NCBI GenBank assembly: GCA_963715985.1
Contig: CAVQSP010000014.1
Location: forward strand, 672,001-736,000
Direction of reading: 5' to 3'
Source of the DNA: an uncultured Thermoleophilia bacterium
GTDB taxonomy: Bacteria; Actinomycetota; Thermoleophilia; UBA2241
Length of the DNA stretch: 64,000 nucleotides
Under the pieces are notes generated by a model, which saw only the letters and a program-made list of their open reading frames with translations, was not told the DNA's origin and searched no databases. Both the position numbers and the translations under genes were made by a program. Positions within the stretch are counted from its first letter, which is position 1. Each line of letters opens with the position of its first letter. This document shows, one piece after another, positions 10,150 to 19,864 of this stretch.

Positions 10150-11516
10150 CGGTCTTCGAGGCGTATGAGAGGGCCCGCAAGGGTCCCAAGGTGGACGAGG
10201 CGGTCTGGAACTTCGAGATCATCCCGCAGACCGCCAAGCGCCTCAAGGAGAAGTACGAGATCGAGATGGACAAGGCCGTCATGGTCCCCACCGATCCCGC
10301 GCTCATCAACAAGCTCTACAAGGCCGGTCTCGAGATGCTCGTCGAGTGCGGCGTCTACGTGATCAACACCGGCCGCGTCATCAAGTACACCGAGGAGGAG
10401 GTCCTCCTCGGCGTCGCCACCGCCCCCAAGGAGTGCATGCTCGGTGAGGGGCTCCACAGCCGGCGCATGTCCTACCGCTCCCACAAGGACACGCGCCCAC
10501 CGCTCGTCCAGGGTGGCCCCACCGGCGCCCCCTGCAGCGAGCAGTACTTCTTCCCGATCCACGAGTCCTACGTCAAGGAGGGCATCGTCGACTGCATCGT
10601 CGACGGCGTGCTCTCCACCGTGAACGGCTACAACCCCGCCCCCGACACCCCCTGGGAGGTCCTCGCCGGCCGCCAGGAGATCATGATGGTGCGCATGGCG
10701 CAGGCCAAGTGCGGCCGCGCGGGCATGGGCTTGTAGGGCCCCGAGACCACGCTGAACGCAGCCGCCACGATCTCGCAGGACTTCCCCGGCGGCATGCGGA
10801 CCACGGACAACCACGAGGTCTCGCAGCTGAATGAGTTGAAGACCGACCTAGGCGCGTTGCTCTTCACCTCTCATTACAATCTCTCTGCAGACACCGTGAT
10901 GGTCGAGCAGATGCCGATCTTCGGCGGCTTCGCCGGTGGTCTCGAGGAGACGACCATCGTCAACGTCGCGACGCATCTCAACTCGTTCGTCACGTTCGGC
11001 GGCACCTGGCATCTCGACGGTCCTGTGCACATGCGGTGGGGCATCACGACGACCAGGGAGGCCCTGGCCATCGCGGGTCACGCCATCATGGCGGTCAACT
11101 CCGTCTGGCCGCTCCTCAGCGGCAACCAGTACTACACGATGGCCGGCCCCTGCACGGTCATGTGCCTCCTGGAGACCGCCGCGCAGGCGATCACCGACAC
11201 CGCCAGCGGCCGCGAGATCATGAGCGGCGTGGCCGCCGCCAAGGGCGTCATCACCGACAAGACCACGGGCATGGAGGCGCGCTTCATGGGCGAGTGCGCG
11301 CACGCCGTCGCCGGCCTGCCCACGGAGCAGACCAACGAGATCCTCGACGCGCTGGTGAAGATGTACGAGGGCGACTACAAGACCGCCGACCAAGGCAAGT
11401 TCTTCCCCGAGTGCTACGACGTCGAGAAGGTCGTCCCGACCGACGAGTACCTCGAGGTCTACGACAAGGCCTGTGCGGCGATGAAGAGCCTGGGCGTCAA
11501 CTACAAGCTCTGGTGA
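10110..11516 (+). CDS. mtmB: Monomethylamine:corrinoid methyltransferase MtmB, copy 1, Pyl at in-frame TAG 10734-10736 (468 aa)
   Basis: ORFs 10110..10736 and 10794..11516 are in one frame; GRAGMGL-O-GPETT...HEVSQLNELK matches MtmB around Pyl; QGGPTG and EQMPIFGG motifs. Confidence 0.95.
10742..10823 (+). promoter_or_regulatory. PYLIS-like stem-loop 5 nt after the mtmB amber codon (same in copy 2, 19042-19123)
   Basis: CGAGACCACG pairs with CGAGGTCTCG; inner CGCA-GCCGCC pairs with GGCGGC-A-TGCG. Confidence 0.6.
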
Positions 11517-11564
11517 GCGGCACCCGGTCAGCGAACACGCCGAGTTTGAGGAGGCTCTAGGCAA

Positions 11565-12212
11565 ATGGGAGAAGCTGAGTTCATCAAAGAAGCGATCGAC
11601 GCGCTGTTGACCAGCGACAAAGAGAAGGCCGTGGACGTCGCCAACCGCGCCATCGCCGCCGGCGTGGCGCCGGACAAGCTGATGGCGGACGGCTTCGTGG
11701 TCGGCATCCGCCAGCTCGGCGACAAGTTCGACGAGGGCGAGGTCTACCTGCCCGAGCTGATGCTCGCGGCGGCGGCCATGGAAGCCGCCATGGCCATCTG
11801 CAACGCGGCCCTGCCGGAGGGCAAGAGCGAGACCCGCGGCGTCGTCGTCATCGGCACCGTCGAGGGCGACGTGCACGACATCGGCAAGGCCATCGTCTGC
11901 GCCTACCTGCGCGCCAACGGCTACGAGGTCCACGACCTCGGCCGCGACGTGCCCGTGGAGGAGTTCGTCGACAAGGCCGAGGCGGTCGACGCCGACGTCA
12001 TCGGCGCCAGCGCCCTGCTCACCGCCACGATGCGCAAGCAGTCGGAGATCGTCGCCGAGCTCAAGGACCGCGGTCTCCGCGACAAGTACAAGTTCGTCGT
12101 CGGCGGCGCCCCCTGCACGCAGGAGTACGCCGACTCCATCGAGGCCGACGCCTACGCGGCCGACGCCAGCGACGGCGTCAAGAAGATCGAGGAGCTGCTG
12201 GGCGCGAAGTAA
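11565..12212 (+). CDS. mtmC: Monomethylamine corrinoid protein, copy 1
   Basis: B12-binding motif GTVEGDVHDIGK, SALLTATM, VGGAP; directly after mtmB. Confidence 0.9.
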   Translation: MGEAEFIKEAIDALLTSDKEKAVDVANRAIAAGVAPDKLMADGFVVGIRQLGDKFDEGEVYLPELMLAAAAMEAAMAICNAALPEGKSETRGVVVIGTVEGDVHDIGKAIVCAYLRANGYEVHDLGRDVPVEEFVDKAEAVDADVIGASALLTATMRKQSEIVAELKDRGLRDKYKFVVGGAPCTQEYADSIEADAYAADASDGVKKIEELLGAK

Positions 12213-12250
12213 GTCGCCGCGCGCCCGGCAGGCCTGCCACACCTGCCGAC

Positions 12251-12287
12251 GGAGGGCGGCGCCCGCGGGAGCGGGCGCCGCCCTTCC
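12251..12287 (+). terminator. GC-rich hairpin after mtmC1 (no U tract)
   Basis: GGAGGGCGGCGCCCGC-ggga-GCGGGCGCCGCCCTTCC. Confidence 0.6.
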
Positions 12288-12415
12288 CGATTCAGGAGAC
12301 ATTGTGCTGAGAGTCACGTTCACAGAGGCACCTGGGGCGGCGAGCCCGTCGCCCAAACTCGGGGAGGTAGCCGAATGACGAGAGTTTCGGTCAAGCGCAA
12401 TGGAAGGAGGTCGTT

Positions 12416-12775
12416 TTGAGCACTCCTGATGTCGACTCGATAGTCGAACAAGCACTCGAGGCTGAAGTACACGGCGGCAAGCACGACCCGCGCATCGACA
12501 GGCTCTACCGGCAGGACGTCATCACCATCTACATCTTCGTCGTGGCGTTGTGGCTCGTGCTGTGGACGGTCTTCTTCTTGGTCGCCAACCCGGTCATCAC
12601 CGACGACAAACTGCGGTGGCTCCTGATCGGCCTCGGCGTCTTCGCCTCGATCTTCAACAGCGTCGGCATGATCTCCAACACGCGGAGGCTCAAGCACGAG
12701 GCTGTGCGCTTCTACTCCCAGGATCTGTTCTGGCAGGACGAGAAGAAGCGTCGTAAGGCGGAGGGGCTCCTGTGA
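12416..12775 (+). CDS. Small two-TM membrane protein
   Basis: AAGGAGG RBS, TTG start, two hydrophobic helices, host-like codon use. Confidence 0.8.
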   Translation: MSTPDVDSIVEQALEAEVHGGKHDPRIDRLYRQDVITIYIFVVALWLVLWTVFFLVANPVITDDKLRWLLIGLGVFASIFNSVGMISNTRRLKHEAVRFYSQDLFWQDEKKRRKAEGLL

Positions 12776-12805
12776 GCGCGTTGCGATCCCGAAAGGAGGC
12801 TCCCG

Positions 12806-13006
12806 TTGGCTGACCAAGAGAACGAGCAGCACATCATCGGCCGGCACGTGGCCGCGAGTGAAGAGGAGTGGGTCGCCTACAAGGACTACAAGGCGCCCAC
12901 GCAGAGCAGGCTCTGGCAGATCATCGACGTGCTCTTCGTGATCATCCTCTGCTACGTCTGCCTGCTGATCCCGATCCTGCTCACCGGCAAGATGATCGTG
13001 GGGTGA
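12806..13006 (+). CDS. Small single-TM membrane protein
   Basis: AAGGAGG RBS, TTG start, hydrophobic C-terminal helix. Confidence 0.75.
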   Translation: MADQENEQHIIGRHVAASEEEWVAYKDYKAPTQSRLWQIIDVLFVIILCYVCLLIPILLTGKMIVG

Positions 13007-13009
13007 CAG

Positions 13010-13351
13010 ATGAGACGACTGACTCTCACCCGGCTCGGTCCGGGACACAAGGCTCGTCGCGCCCTCGCACTCTTCACCCTCGTGGCTCTCTGCGTCACGC
13101 TGGTGCTGACGTGCGCAGGCGCATCTCTTGCCGCCGACGAAGGCCGGACGATCAACACGCCCGGAGGGGCGACGATCACGACGTCCGAGGGCATGGAGGC
13201 GCCGCAGCTCGACTACAAGTTCGTCTGGTGGAGCTTCATCCTCACGTTCGGGCTGCTCATCGTGTACTACGTGTGGATACTCCGCATCTCGGACAAGGAG
13301 TTCAAGAAGATCATCGACGCCCACTTCGGGCCCAAGCAGGACGGGAGGTGA
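13010..13351 (+). CDS. Small membrane protein with signal-like N-terminus
   Basis: Signal peptide-like segment ending ASLA; DYKFVWWSFILTFGLLIVYYVWILRISDKEFKKII helix. Confidence 0.75.
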   Translation: MRRLTLTRLGPGHKARRALALFTLVALCVTLVLTCAGASLAADEGRTINTPGGATITTSEGMEAPQLDYKFVWWSFILTFGLLIVYYVWILRISDKEFKKIIDAHFGPKQDGR

Positions 13352-13356
13352 CGGGC

Positions 13357-13551
13357 ATGGCATGGGTGAACTACGTCACGTGGGCTATCGCCATCCTGCT
13401 GCTAGTGTGGCTCGTCATCGACGCCTTCCGCATCGAGACCACCTACGACGCCGAGCTTCTCGTCAGCTCCGTGGAGGGTGAGATCGAGAAGGAGATCCTC
13501 GACCACGACGAGCTCGCCCACCTCAAGGACCAGTCGAGAGGGGGCATGTGA
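13357..13551 (+). CDS. Small membrane protein (64 aa) coupled to the permease
   Basis: GGAGGTG RBS, MAWVNYVTWAIAILLLVWLVIDAF...; stop overlaps the permease start; not separately listed in the ORF track. Confidence 0.8.
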   Translation: MAWVNYVTWAIAILLLVWLVIDAFRIETTYDAELLVSSVEGEIEKEILDHDELAHLKDQSRGGM

Positions 13552-14972
13552 TGGCGACAGACGCCGCAGCCGTGAGCGCTCAAGCCACGGCGGACGCCCC
13601 CAAACGCCTGAGCCTCCTGCGCGTCCTCGGCCCCATGCACGTGTGGGCTCTGGGCGTGGGGATCGTGCTCGTGGGCGAGTTCATGGGCTGGAACTTCACC
13701 GTGGCCAAGGGAGGCGTGTTCGGTGGCCTCGTGGCATGCTGGTTCTCCGGCATCCTCTACTCGTGCGTCGCCATGATCGACTCCGAAGTGAGCTCCACCG
13801 TGGCGTCGGCAGGCGGGCAGTACGCGCAGGCCAAGCACATCCTCGGCCCCCTTGCGGCCTTCAACATCGCCCTGTTCATCATCTTCGAGTACTGCATGCT
13901 CTCGGCCGGCGACGCGCTTGTCATCGGAGCGCTGGTCAACAGCCTCAACCCGGTGCTCAGTCCGACGCCCTTCGTGGTGCTCACCATCGCCTTCCTGGCG
14001 TGGCTGAACTACCGGGGAGTGCACACCACGCTGACGTTCAACTTCATCATCACGGCCATCGCGTTCATCACGATCCTCGTGCTGATCGTCGGCGCCCGGT
14101 TCTGGGATCCCGGCTACATCACGCAGACCAAGGAGCTGTTCGCGCAGCCTCCGGGGAGCGCTGATCCCAAGATGCCCTACGGCTGGCTCGGCATCCTCGC
14201 CGCGCTCCAGTTCGGCATCTGGTACTACCTCGGCATCGAGGGCACGTGCCAGACGGCGGAAGAATGCCGCTCGGCACCGCGGGCGCTGCCGGTGGGCACG
14301 ATGTCCGGCCTCATCACCCTGCTGATCGCCGCCACGCTCACGTGGTACATCTGCACCGCCCTCGTCAACTGGATCACCCTGGGCTCGTCTGTGTACCCGC
14401 TCTACGACGCGGCGGTCAACACCGGCAAGGACTGGTTGATGGTCACCCTGTGGATCGGCTCGCTGCTGAGCTGTCTGGCGTCGTCCAACGGGTGCATCAA
14501 CGACGCCTCGCGAGCGTGGTTCGCGATGGGGCGCGACCAGTTCATCCCGAGGTGGTTCGGCGGCGTCCACCCCCGCTACAAGACGCCGTACCGCGCCATC
14601 CTGTTCCTCGTGCCGATCATGATCGCCTTCGGCTACACCGGGCTGCTCGACCAGGTCATCACCTTCTCGATCATCTCCGGCTGCCTCATCTACTTCATCA
14701 TGCCGCTCAACATGATCCGCTTCCGTCGGCTCTACCCGATGGACTCGATCAAGCGAGGGTACGTGTCACCGTTCCATCCGCTGCCGTCGTACGTGCTGTT
14801 CCTGTTCGTGCTCCTCACGTTCCTCGCCATGTACTTCGGCTACTGGCGCAACCTCGTGGCGGCGCTGGTCTTCTACGGCATCTGTTCGATCTGGTTCGTG
14901 CTGCACCGGTACAAGTTCGTCGACCGCACCAAGCTGTACACGATGCCGTGGCCACGGCCTAAGGGCTACTGA
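13548..14972 (+). CDS. APC permease, ethanolamine/methylamine (MtbP-like) type
   Basis: LGPMHVWALGVGIVLVGEFMGWNF, YLGIEG..AEE, SRAWFAMGRD; substrate inferred from context. Confidence 0.85.
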   Translation: MMATDAAAVSAQATADAPKRLSLLRVLGPMHVWALGVGIVLVGEFMGWNFTVAKGGVFGGLVACWFSGILYSCVAMIDSEVSSTVASAGGQYAQAKHILGPLAAFNIALFIIFEYCMLSAGDALVIGALVNSLNPVLSPTPFVVLTIAFLAWLNYRGVHTTLTFNFIITAIAFITILVLIVGARFWDPGYITQTKELFAQPPGSADPKMPYGWLGILAALQFGIWYYLGIEGTCQTAEECRSAPRALPVGTMSGLITLLIAATLTWYICTALVNWITLGSSVYPLYDAAVNTGKDWLMVTLWIGSLLSCLASSNGCINDASRAWFAMGRDQFIPRWFGGVHPRYKTPYRAILFLVPIMIAFGYTGLLDQVITFSIISGCLIYFIMPLNMIRFRRLYPMDSIKRGYVSPFHPLPSYVLFLFVLLTFLAMYFGYWRNLVAALVFYGICSIWFVLHRYKFVDRTKLYTMPWPRPKGY

Positions 14973-14989
14973 CAGGAGAGGAGGACGTC

Positions 14990-15433
14990 GTGTTCGAGAC
15001 TCTGCTGGTAGCCACCGACGGCTCCAAGGCGGCTCAGAAGGCCGTCGTCTGGGCGGTCGAGTTCGCCAAGCGACACGACTCCCGGCTCATCATCTGCAAC
15101 GTGACGCCGGAAGCGCGGACGAAGCTCAGGCGCACCGAGCCCAACCCGCCGCCGGAGGGCGATGTCTCGCCCGAGGACGCCGGCGACATCGTCTCCGCCG
15201 AGGCCTTGCATAGGGCGGAGAGGCTGGCGAAGAAGGCAGGGGTGAAGTACGAGCTCGATGAGGTGTACGGCAGGAACATCGCGGCTACCATCGCCAAGGA
15301 GGCGATGGCGGTCGGCGCCGACCACATCATCATCGGGTCGACCGGGATCACCGCGCTCACCACGTGCGTGCTCGGCTCGGTCGCACAGAACGTGGTCCAC
15401 TACGCCCACTGTCCCGTGACGGTGGTCCGGTAG
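14990..15433 (+). CDS. Universal stress protein
   Basis: LLVATDGS, IIIGSTG, LGSVAQNVVHYAHCPVTVV; ends in TAG. Confidence 0.92.
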   Translation: MFETLLVATDGSKAAQKAVVWAVEFAKRHDSRLIICNVTPEARTKLRRTEPNPPPEGDVSPEDAGDIVSAEALHRAERLAKKAGVKYELDEVYGRNIAATIAKEAMAVGADHIIIGSTGITALTTCVLGSVAQNVVHYAHCPVTVVR

Positions 15434-15479
15434 ATGAACATCCGGGGCCGCAGCCGCGGCGGAGGGAGGTGACGGCGTC

Positions 15480-16148
15480 ATGGACACTGGACTCGCCGTC
15501 AGACTGGCCATCGTCGTGGCTGCGGCCCTGCTGCTGACCTACGTCTTCCTCGCCTACGTGCGGCGAGACCGCAAGAAGACCCAGCACATGCTCGACCCGT
15601 TCCTCAACGCTATCGACCACCCGCAGGTCGGACGCAGCCCTTGGGGCTACGAGTTCCTCGAGGGGTCGTTCGGCGGGCGCCCGGTGCGGGTGAGCCTGAT
15701 CCCGGACTCGCTGATCACCCGCACGTTGCCGACGCTCTGGCTGGAGGTGCGCTGGGCGCGGCCCAGCGATGCCTTCCTGTGCGTCATCACGCTGTGCAAC
15801 GGCATGGAGTACTTCGCCGACGAGGTCGACGAGGGCAGCCTGCTCGTCACGCCCAGCACGTGGCCCCAGTCTGTGCGGGTGCGCGGCAAGGGCCCGGCAA
15901 GCTCGGCCCTGGCGCGTCGTCTGAACGGCTTCGATGTCGACGCGTACAAAGACCTCAAGATGGTCTCGCTCAGCGAGACCGAGACCAAGGTGATCATGCG
16001 CTGTGCCCGTGGGGACTTGCAGCTCTACAGGGTGTTGCGCTCCGCGAGTTTCCCTGAGGATTCGGTGAAGCCGGAGCTGGTGGAAGAGACCGTCCGGGTA
16101 CTCCGTGACATCGACCGCATGCTCGAGAGCGAAGAGGAGGTCGCGTGA
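15480..16148 (+). CDS. Membrane-anchored hypothetical protein
   Basis: GGAGGT RBS, N-terminal TM helix, in operon. Confidence 0.75.
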   Translation: MDTGLAVRLAIVVAAALLLTYVFLAYVRRDRKKTQHMLDPFLNAIDHPQVGRSPWGYEFLEGSFGGRPVRVSLIPDSLITRTLPTLWLEVRWARPSDAFLCVITLCNGMEYFADEVDEGSLLVTPSTWPQSVRVRGKGPASSALARRLNGFDVDAYKDLKMVSLSETETKVIMRCARGDLQLYRVLRSASFPEDSVKPELVEETVRVLRDIDRMLESEEEVA

Positions 16149-16693
16149 TGGGCAGGACCCGCAGCGCCAAGCCGCAGAAGGAGGCGCCGAAGGGCGAGCT
16201 CAAGAAGCCGCGCCCGGTATGGTTCGTCACCCTCATGGCGTTCGTGCTGCCCGGCAGCGGGCAGATGTTCAACGGTGCGCCGGCGCGCGGCATCATCATG
16301 CAGTTCGGCATGGTCTTCGGCGGCTACGTCTCCTACCAGCTGACCACGCCCGAGATCTCGCCCATCGGCCGGCTCGCCGGCGGCCTGCTGGTCTGGGTCT
16401 TCTCCATCGTCGACGCCAACGGCATCGCCAACCGGCGCGTCAGGGCGTGGGCCCGCATCGAGGCGGCACAAGCCGGGAAGCCGTCGCAGAACACCGGGAG
16501 TCCGGCTCCGAGCCGGCGTGCCAAGAACGGAACGTCGGGCAAAGCCCCCAAGGGCGCCGCCCGCAAGAGGCGCGTCGACAGCGCCGCTCCACGCGGGGCC
16601 GTGGTCGCCGGCGCGGACATGGGACCCGCCTCGATCACACCCATGCCCGGGGGCGGGACCTCCGCGGCGGTAGCGGCTTCAGAGCCTCACTGA
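16145..16693 (+). CDS. Membrane protein with LPGSGQ motif and low-complexity tail
   Basis: VLPGSGQMFNG..RG motif, three hydrophobic segments; overlaps the previous stop. Confidence 0.75.
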   Translation: MMGRTRSAKPQKEAPKGELKKPRPVWFVTLMAFVLPGSGQMFNGAPARGIIMQFGMVFGGYVSYQLTTPEISPIGRLAGGLLVWVFSIVDANGIANRRVRAWARIEAAQAGKPSQNTGSPAPSRRAKNGTSGKAPKGAARKRRVDSAAPRGAVVAGADMGPASITPMPGGGTSAAVAASEPH

Positions 16694-16762
16694 GGCCGCT
16701 CGCGGCCAACGTGAAGCGCGAGGCGCCCGATCGTCGACCGTGACCGGTAGGGTCCCCGCCGC

Positions 16763-17098
16763 TCACGCGAAGATGCGGCGCCCGAAGATCACCACCACGA
16801 CGCCGACCATGGTGATGGCCGCACCGATGAAGTCGTAGCGGTCGGGGGTGTTTCCGTCGATCGCCCAGCCCCACACCATCGCCCCGACGAGGAAGACACC
16901 TGCGTAGGCCGCGTACACGCGCCCGTACGCCCCCTCCGGCTGATACGTCTGGATGATGGCGTAGAAGAGCAGGGCGGCCAGGCCGACCAGAGCGAGAAAC
17001 GCCGTCCCGCCGCCCTTGAGCCAGCGCCAAAAAGCGTAGGTCCCTCCCAACTCACCGAGGGCGGCAAGGATGTAGATCGCGAAGGTCTTGACGATCAC
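16763..17098 (-). CDS. YnfA-family (SMR-like) small membrane protein
   Basis: AALGELGG.YAFW.W, YGRVYAAYAGVF, DG.TPDRYD motifs. Confidence 0.88.
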   Translation of the reverse strand: MIVKTFAIYILAALGELGGTYAFWRWLKGGGTAFLALVGLAALLFYAIIQTYQPEGAYGRVYAAYAGVFLVGAMVWGWAIDGNTPDRYDFIGAAITMVGVVVVIFGRRIFA

Positions 17099-18336
17099 GG
17101 CGTCACCTCTCAGATGCGTGCGGGGTGGTCACATCCCCGGTGGGACGTGGTGGGACGGCTGCTTCTGGGCCGCGACCGTTCGACTGGTCGCACGATGCGT
17201 GGAGCGCGGCGCCTCTCCGTTGTCGCGGCACTCCTCAGAGACGGTCCTCCTCACGGCACCTGCGTCCCGCCGATGACCCGGCTGGGCCGGCGTCGTCAGC
17301 GTAGTGGCTGGAGAGGCGAACCTCAATCGCCGCCCGGACTGCGCGCCGAGCGGCGCCGGCTGTGCCGCCCTCAGGCGACCGACCCAGGCACTCACCGGTC
17401 CTTCGCCCGAGGTGGAGTTCAGCCCTCAGCCCTCTGCACACCCTCCTGTCTTCTGCCGGGATGGTCCCGGAGGCATCGCCGTGGCCTGGTGCCGAAGGGA
17501 GGATGACTGCTGACGGAGGCGCGATGCACATCCGCGAGAGGCGATCAGGCCAACTGCGGACGAGCGCGTATGCGAGTTGACCGCCCGGAAACCGGTCGAG
17601 ACGGTGCGGGAGCGGCGCGCCTCTCTGCGGGAACGCGACGTCGACGCCATCGTGCGGCCGGCGGGGAGCCGTTGTTGGGGCACACACGTAGCGGGGCGGG
17701 GCTCGATGCACCGAGACGGACTGGGCGCGCCAGGGCGTCCGCGGTGACGAGACCGTGTTGACGATGGAGACCGAAGAAGATGCCACGACGAAGCCGGCTG
17801 AGCTGGAGTCCGCCGGTAAGCATCACGTGCGGATCGGGAGGACCGGTGGAGCCGCGGCGAACTGGCCGATGTGACGCACGGCCACACGATCGCCGCCTGA
17901 CCGGACGGCGCCCCGTGGGGGCGCCATCCGCCTGAGAACCGCGCCATCTCGGCGGGCCGGGGCGTCGTTGGGCATGCGCTCCGGGCCAGGATGTGGCGCC
18001 TTTTCCGAGGGCGGCCGCAGAGAGCATCCGCGCCCCTGTACAAGCGGGAAGCACTTGACCGGCGGCGTGGGACAACGCGTATACTCGTGCTCCACCGGCA
18101 CAGCGTCTTCCCGCCGGCGCGCGATGTCCTCGCCGAGCGGCGCACAAGGAGGCGCGACCCTGGTTCGTAGGCGCAGCACTGGTCCTGGGGCTTCGGACCG
18201 ATCCAGTCGGCCGGGGAGATGTGTCCCGGGCCGCCCGATGCGCGCCCGCACCGGCAGTAGCCCGACGGTGGCCCGCGTCACCGTCGCCGTCCATTCCGCA
18301 CACCATGGTCCCTTCGCGGACCAGGCTGGCCAGGAG

Positions 18337-18390
18337 GTGATGCCTTCCGTCCGATAGTCGGGATGCACGTCGCCAACCTAGACAAGCTAG
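18337..18390 (+). other. Candidate leader ORF of mtmB2 with three in-frame TAGs
   Basis: AGGAG then GTG ATG CCT TCC GTC CGA TAG; further in-frame TAGs at 18379 and 18388. Confidence 0.45.
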
Positions 18391-18409
18391 GCACGAGAGG
18401 AGGAGCCAC

Positions 18410-19816
18410 ATGGCTGGACCTGGGACGAAAGCCCAGCGCGAGCGCATGACGGTCTTCGAGGCGTATGAGAGGGCCCGCAAGGGTCCCAAGGTGGACGAGG
18501 CGGTCTGGAACTTCGAGATCATCCCGCAGACCGCCAAGCGCCTCAAGGAGAAGTACGAGATCGAGATGGACAAGGCCGTCATGGTCCCCACCGATCCCGC
18601 GCTCATGAACAAGCTCTACAAGGCCGGTCTCGAGATGCTCGTCGAGTGCGGCGTCTACGTGATCAACACCGGCCGCGTCATCAAGTACACGGAGGAGGAG
18701 GTCCTCCTCGGCGTCGCCACCGCCCCCAAGGAGTGCATGATCGGTGAGGGGCTGCACGGCCGGCGCATGTCCTACCGCTCCCACAAGGACACGCGTCCAC
18801 CGCTCGTCCAGGGCGGCCCCACCGGGGCTCCCTGCAGCGAGCAGTACTTCTTCCCGATCCACGAGTCCTACGCCAAGGAGGGCATCGTCGACTGCATCGT
18901 CGACGGCGTGCTCTCCACCGTGAACGGCTACAACCCCGCCCCCGACACCCCCTGGGAGGTCCTCGCCGGCCGCCAGGAGATCATGATGGTGCGCATGGCG
19001 CAGGCCAAGTGCGGCCGCGCGGGCATGGGCTTGTAGGGCCCCGAGACCACGCTGAACGCAGCCGCCACGATCTCGCAGGACTTCCCCGGCGGCATGCGGA
19101 CCACGGACAACCACGAGGTCTCGCAGCTGAATGAGTTGAAGACCGACCTAGGCGCGTTGCTCTTCACCTCTCATTACAATCTCTCTGCAGACACCGTGAT
19201 GGTCGAGCAGATGCCGATCTTCGGCGGCTTCGCCGGTGGTCTCGAGGAGACGACCATCGTCAACGTCGCGACGCATCTCAACTCGTTCGTCACGTTCGGC
19301 GGCACCTGGCATCTCGACGGTCCTGTGCACATGCGGTGGGGCATCACGACGACCAGGGAGGCCCTGGCCATCGCGGGTCACGCCATCATGGCGGTCAACT
19401 CCGTCTGGCCGCTCCTCAGCGGCAACCAGTACTACACGATGGCCGGCCCCTGCACGGTCATGTGCCTCCTGGAGACCGCCGCGCAGGCGATCACCGACAC
19501 CGCCAGCGGCCGCGAGATCATGAGCGGCGTGGCCGCCGCCAAGGGCGTCATCACCGACAAGACCACGGGCATGGAGGCGCGCTTCATGGGCGAGTGCGCG
19601 CACGCCGTCGCCGGCATGCCCACGGAGCAGACCAACGAGATCCTCGACGCGCTGGTGAAGATGTACGAGGGCGACTACAAGACCGCCGACCAAGGCAAGT
19701 TCTTCCCCGAGTGCTACGACGTCGAGAAGGTCGTCCCGACCGACGAGTACCTCGAGGTCTACGACAAGGCCTGTGCGGCGATGAAGAGCCTGGGCGTCAA
19801 CTACAAGCTCTGGTGA
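18410..19816 (+). CDS. mtmB: Monomethylamine methyltransferase MtmB, copy 2, Pyl at TAG 19034-19036
   Basis: As copy 1; five amino-acid differences. Confidence 0.95.
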
Positions 19817-19864
19817 GCGGCACCCGGTCAGCGAACACGCCGAGTTTGAGGAGGCTCTAGGCAA

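Larger units (their letters stand above)
10099..12284 (+). repeat. ~2.2 kb near-identical duplication, copy 1 (RBS-mtmB-mtmC-hairpin)
   Basis: Matches 18399-20584 at an offset of 8300 with few substitutions. Confidence 0.97.
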
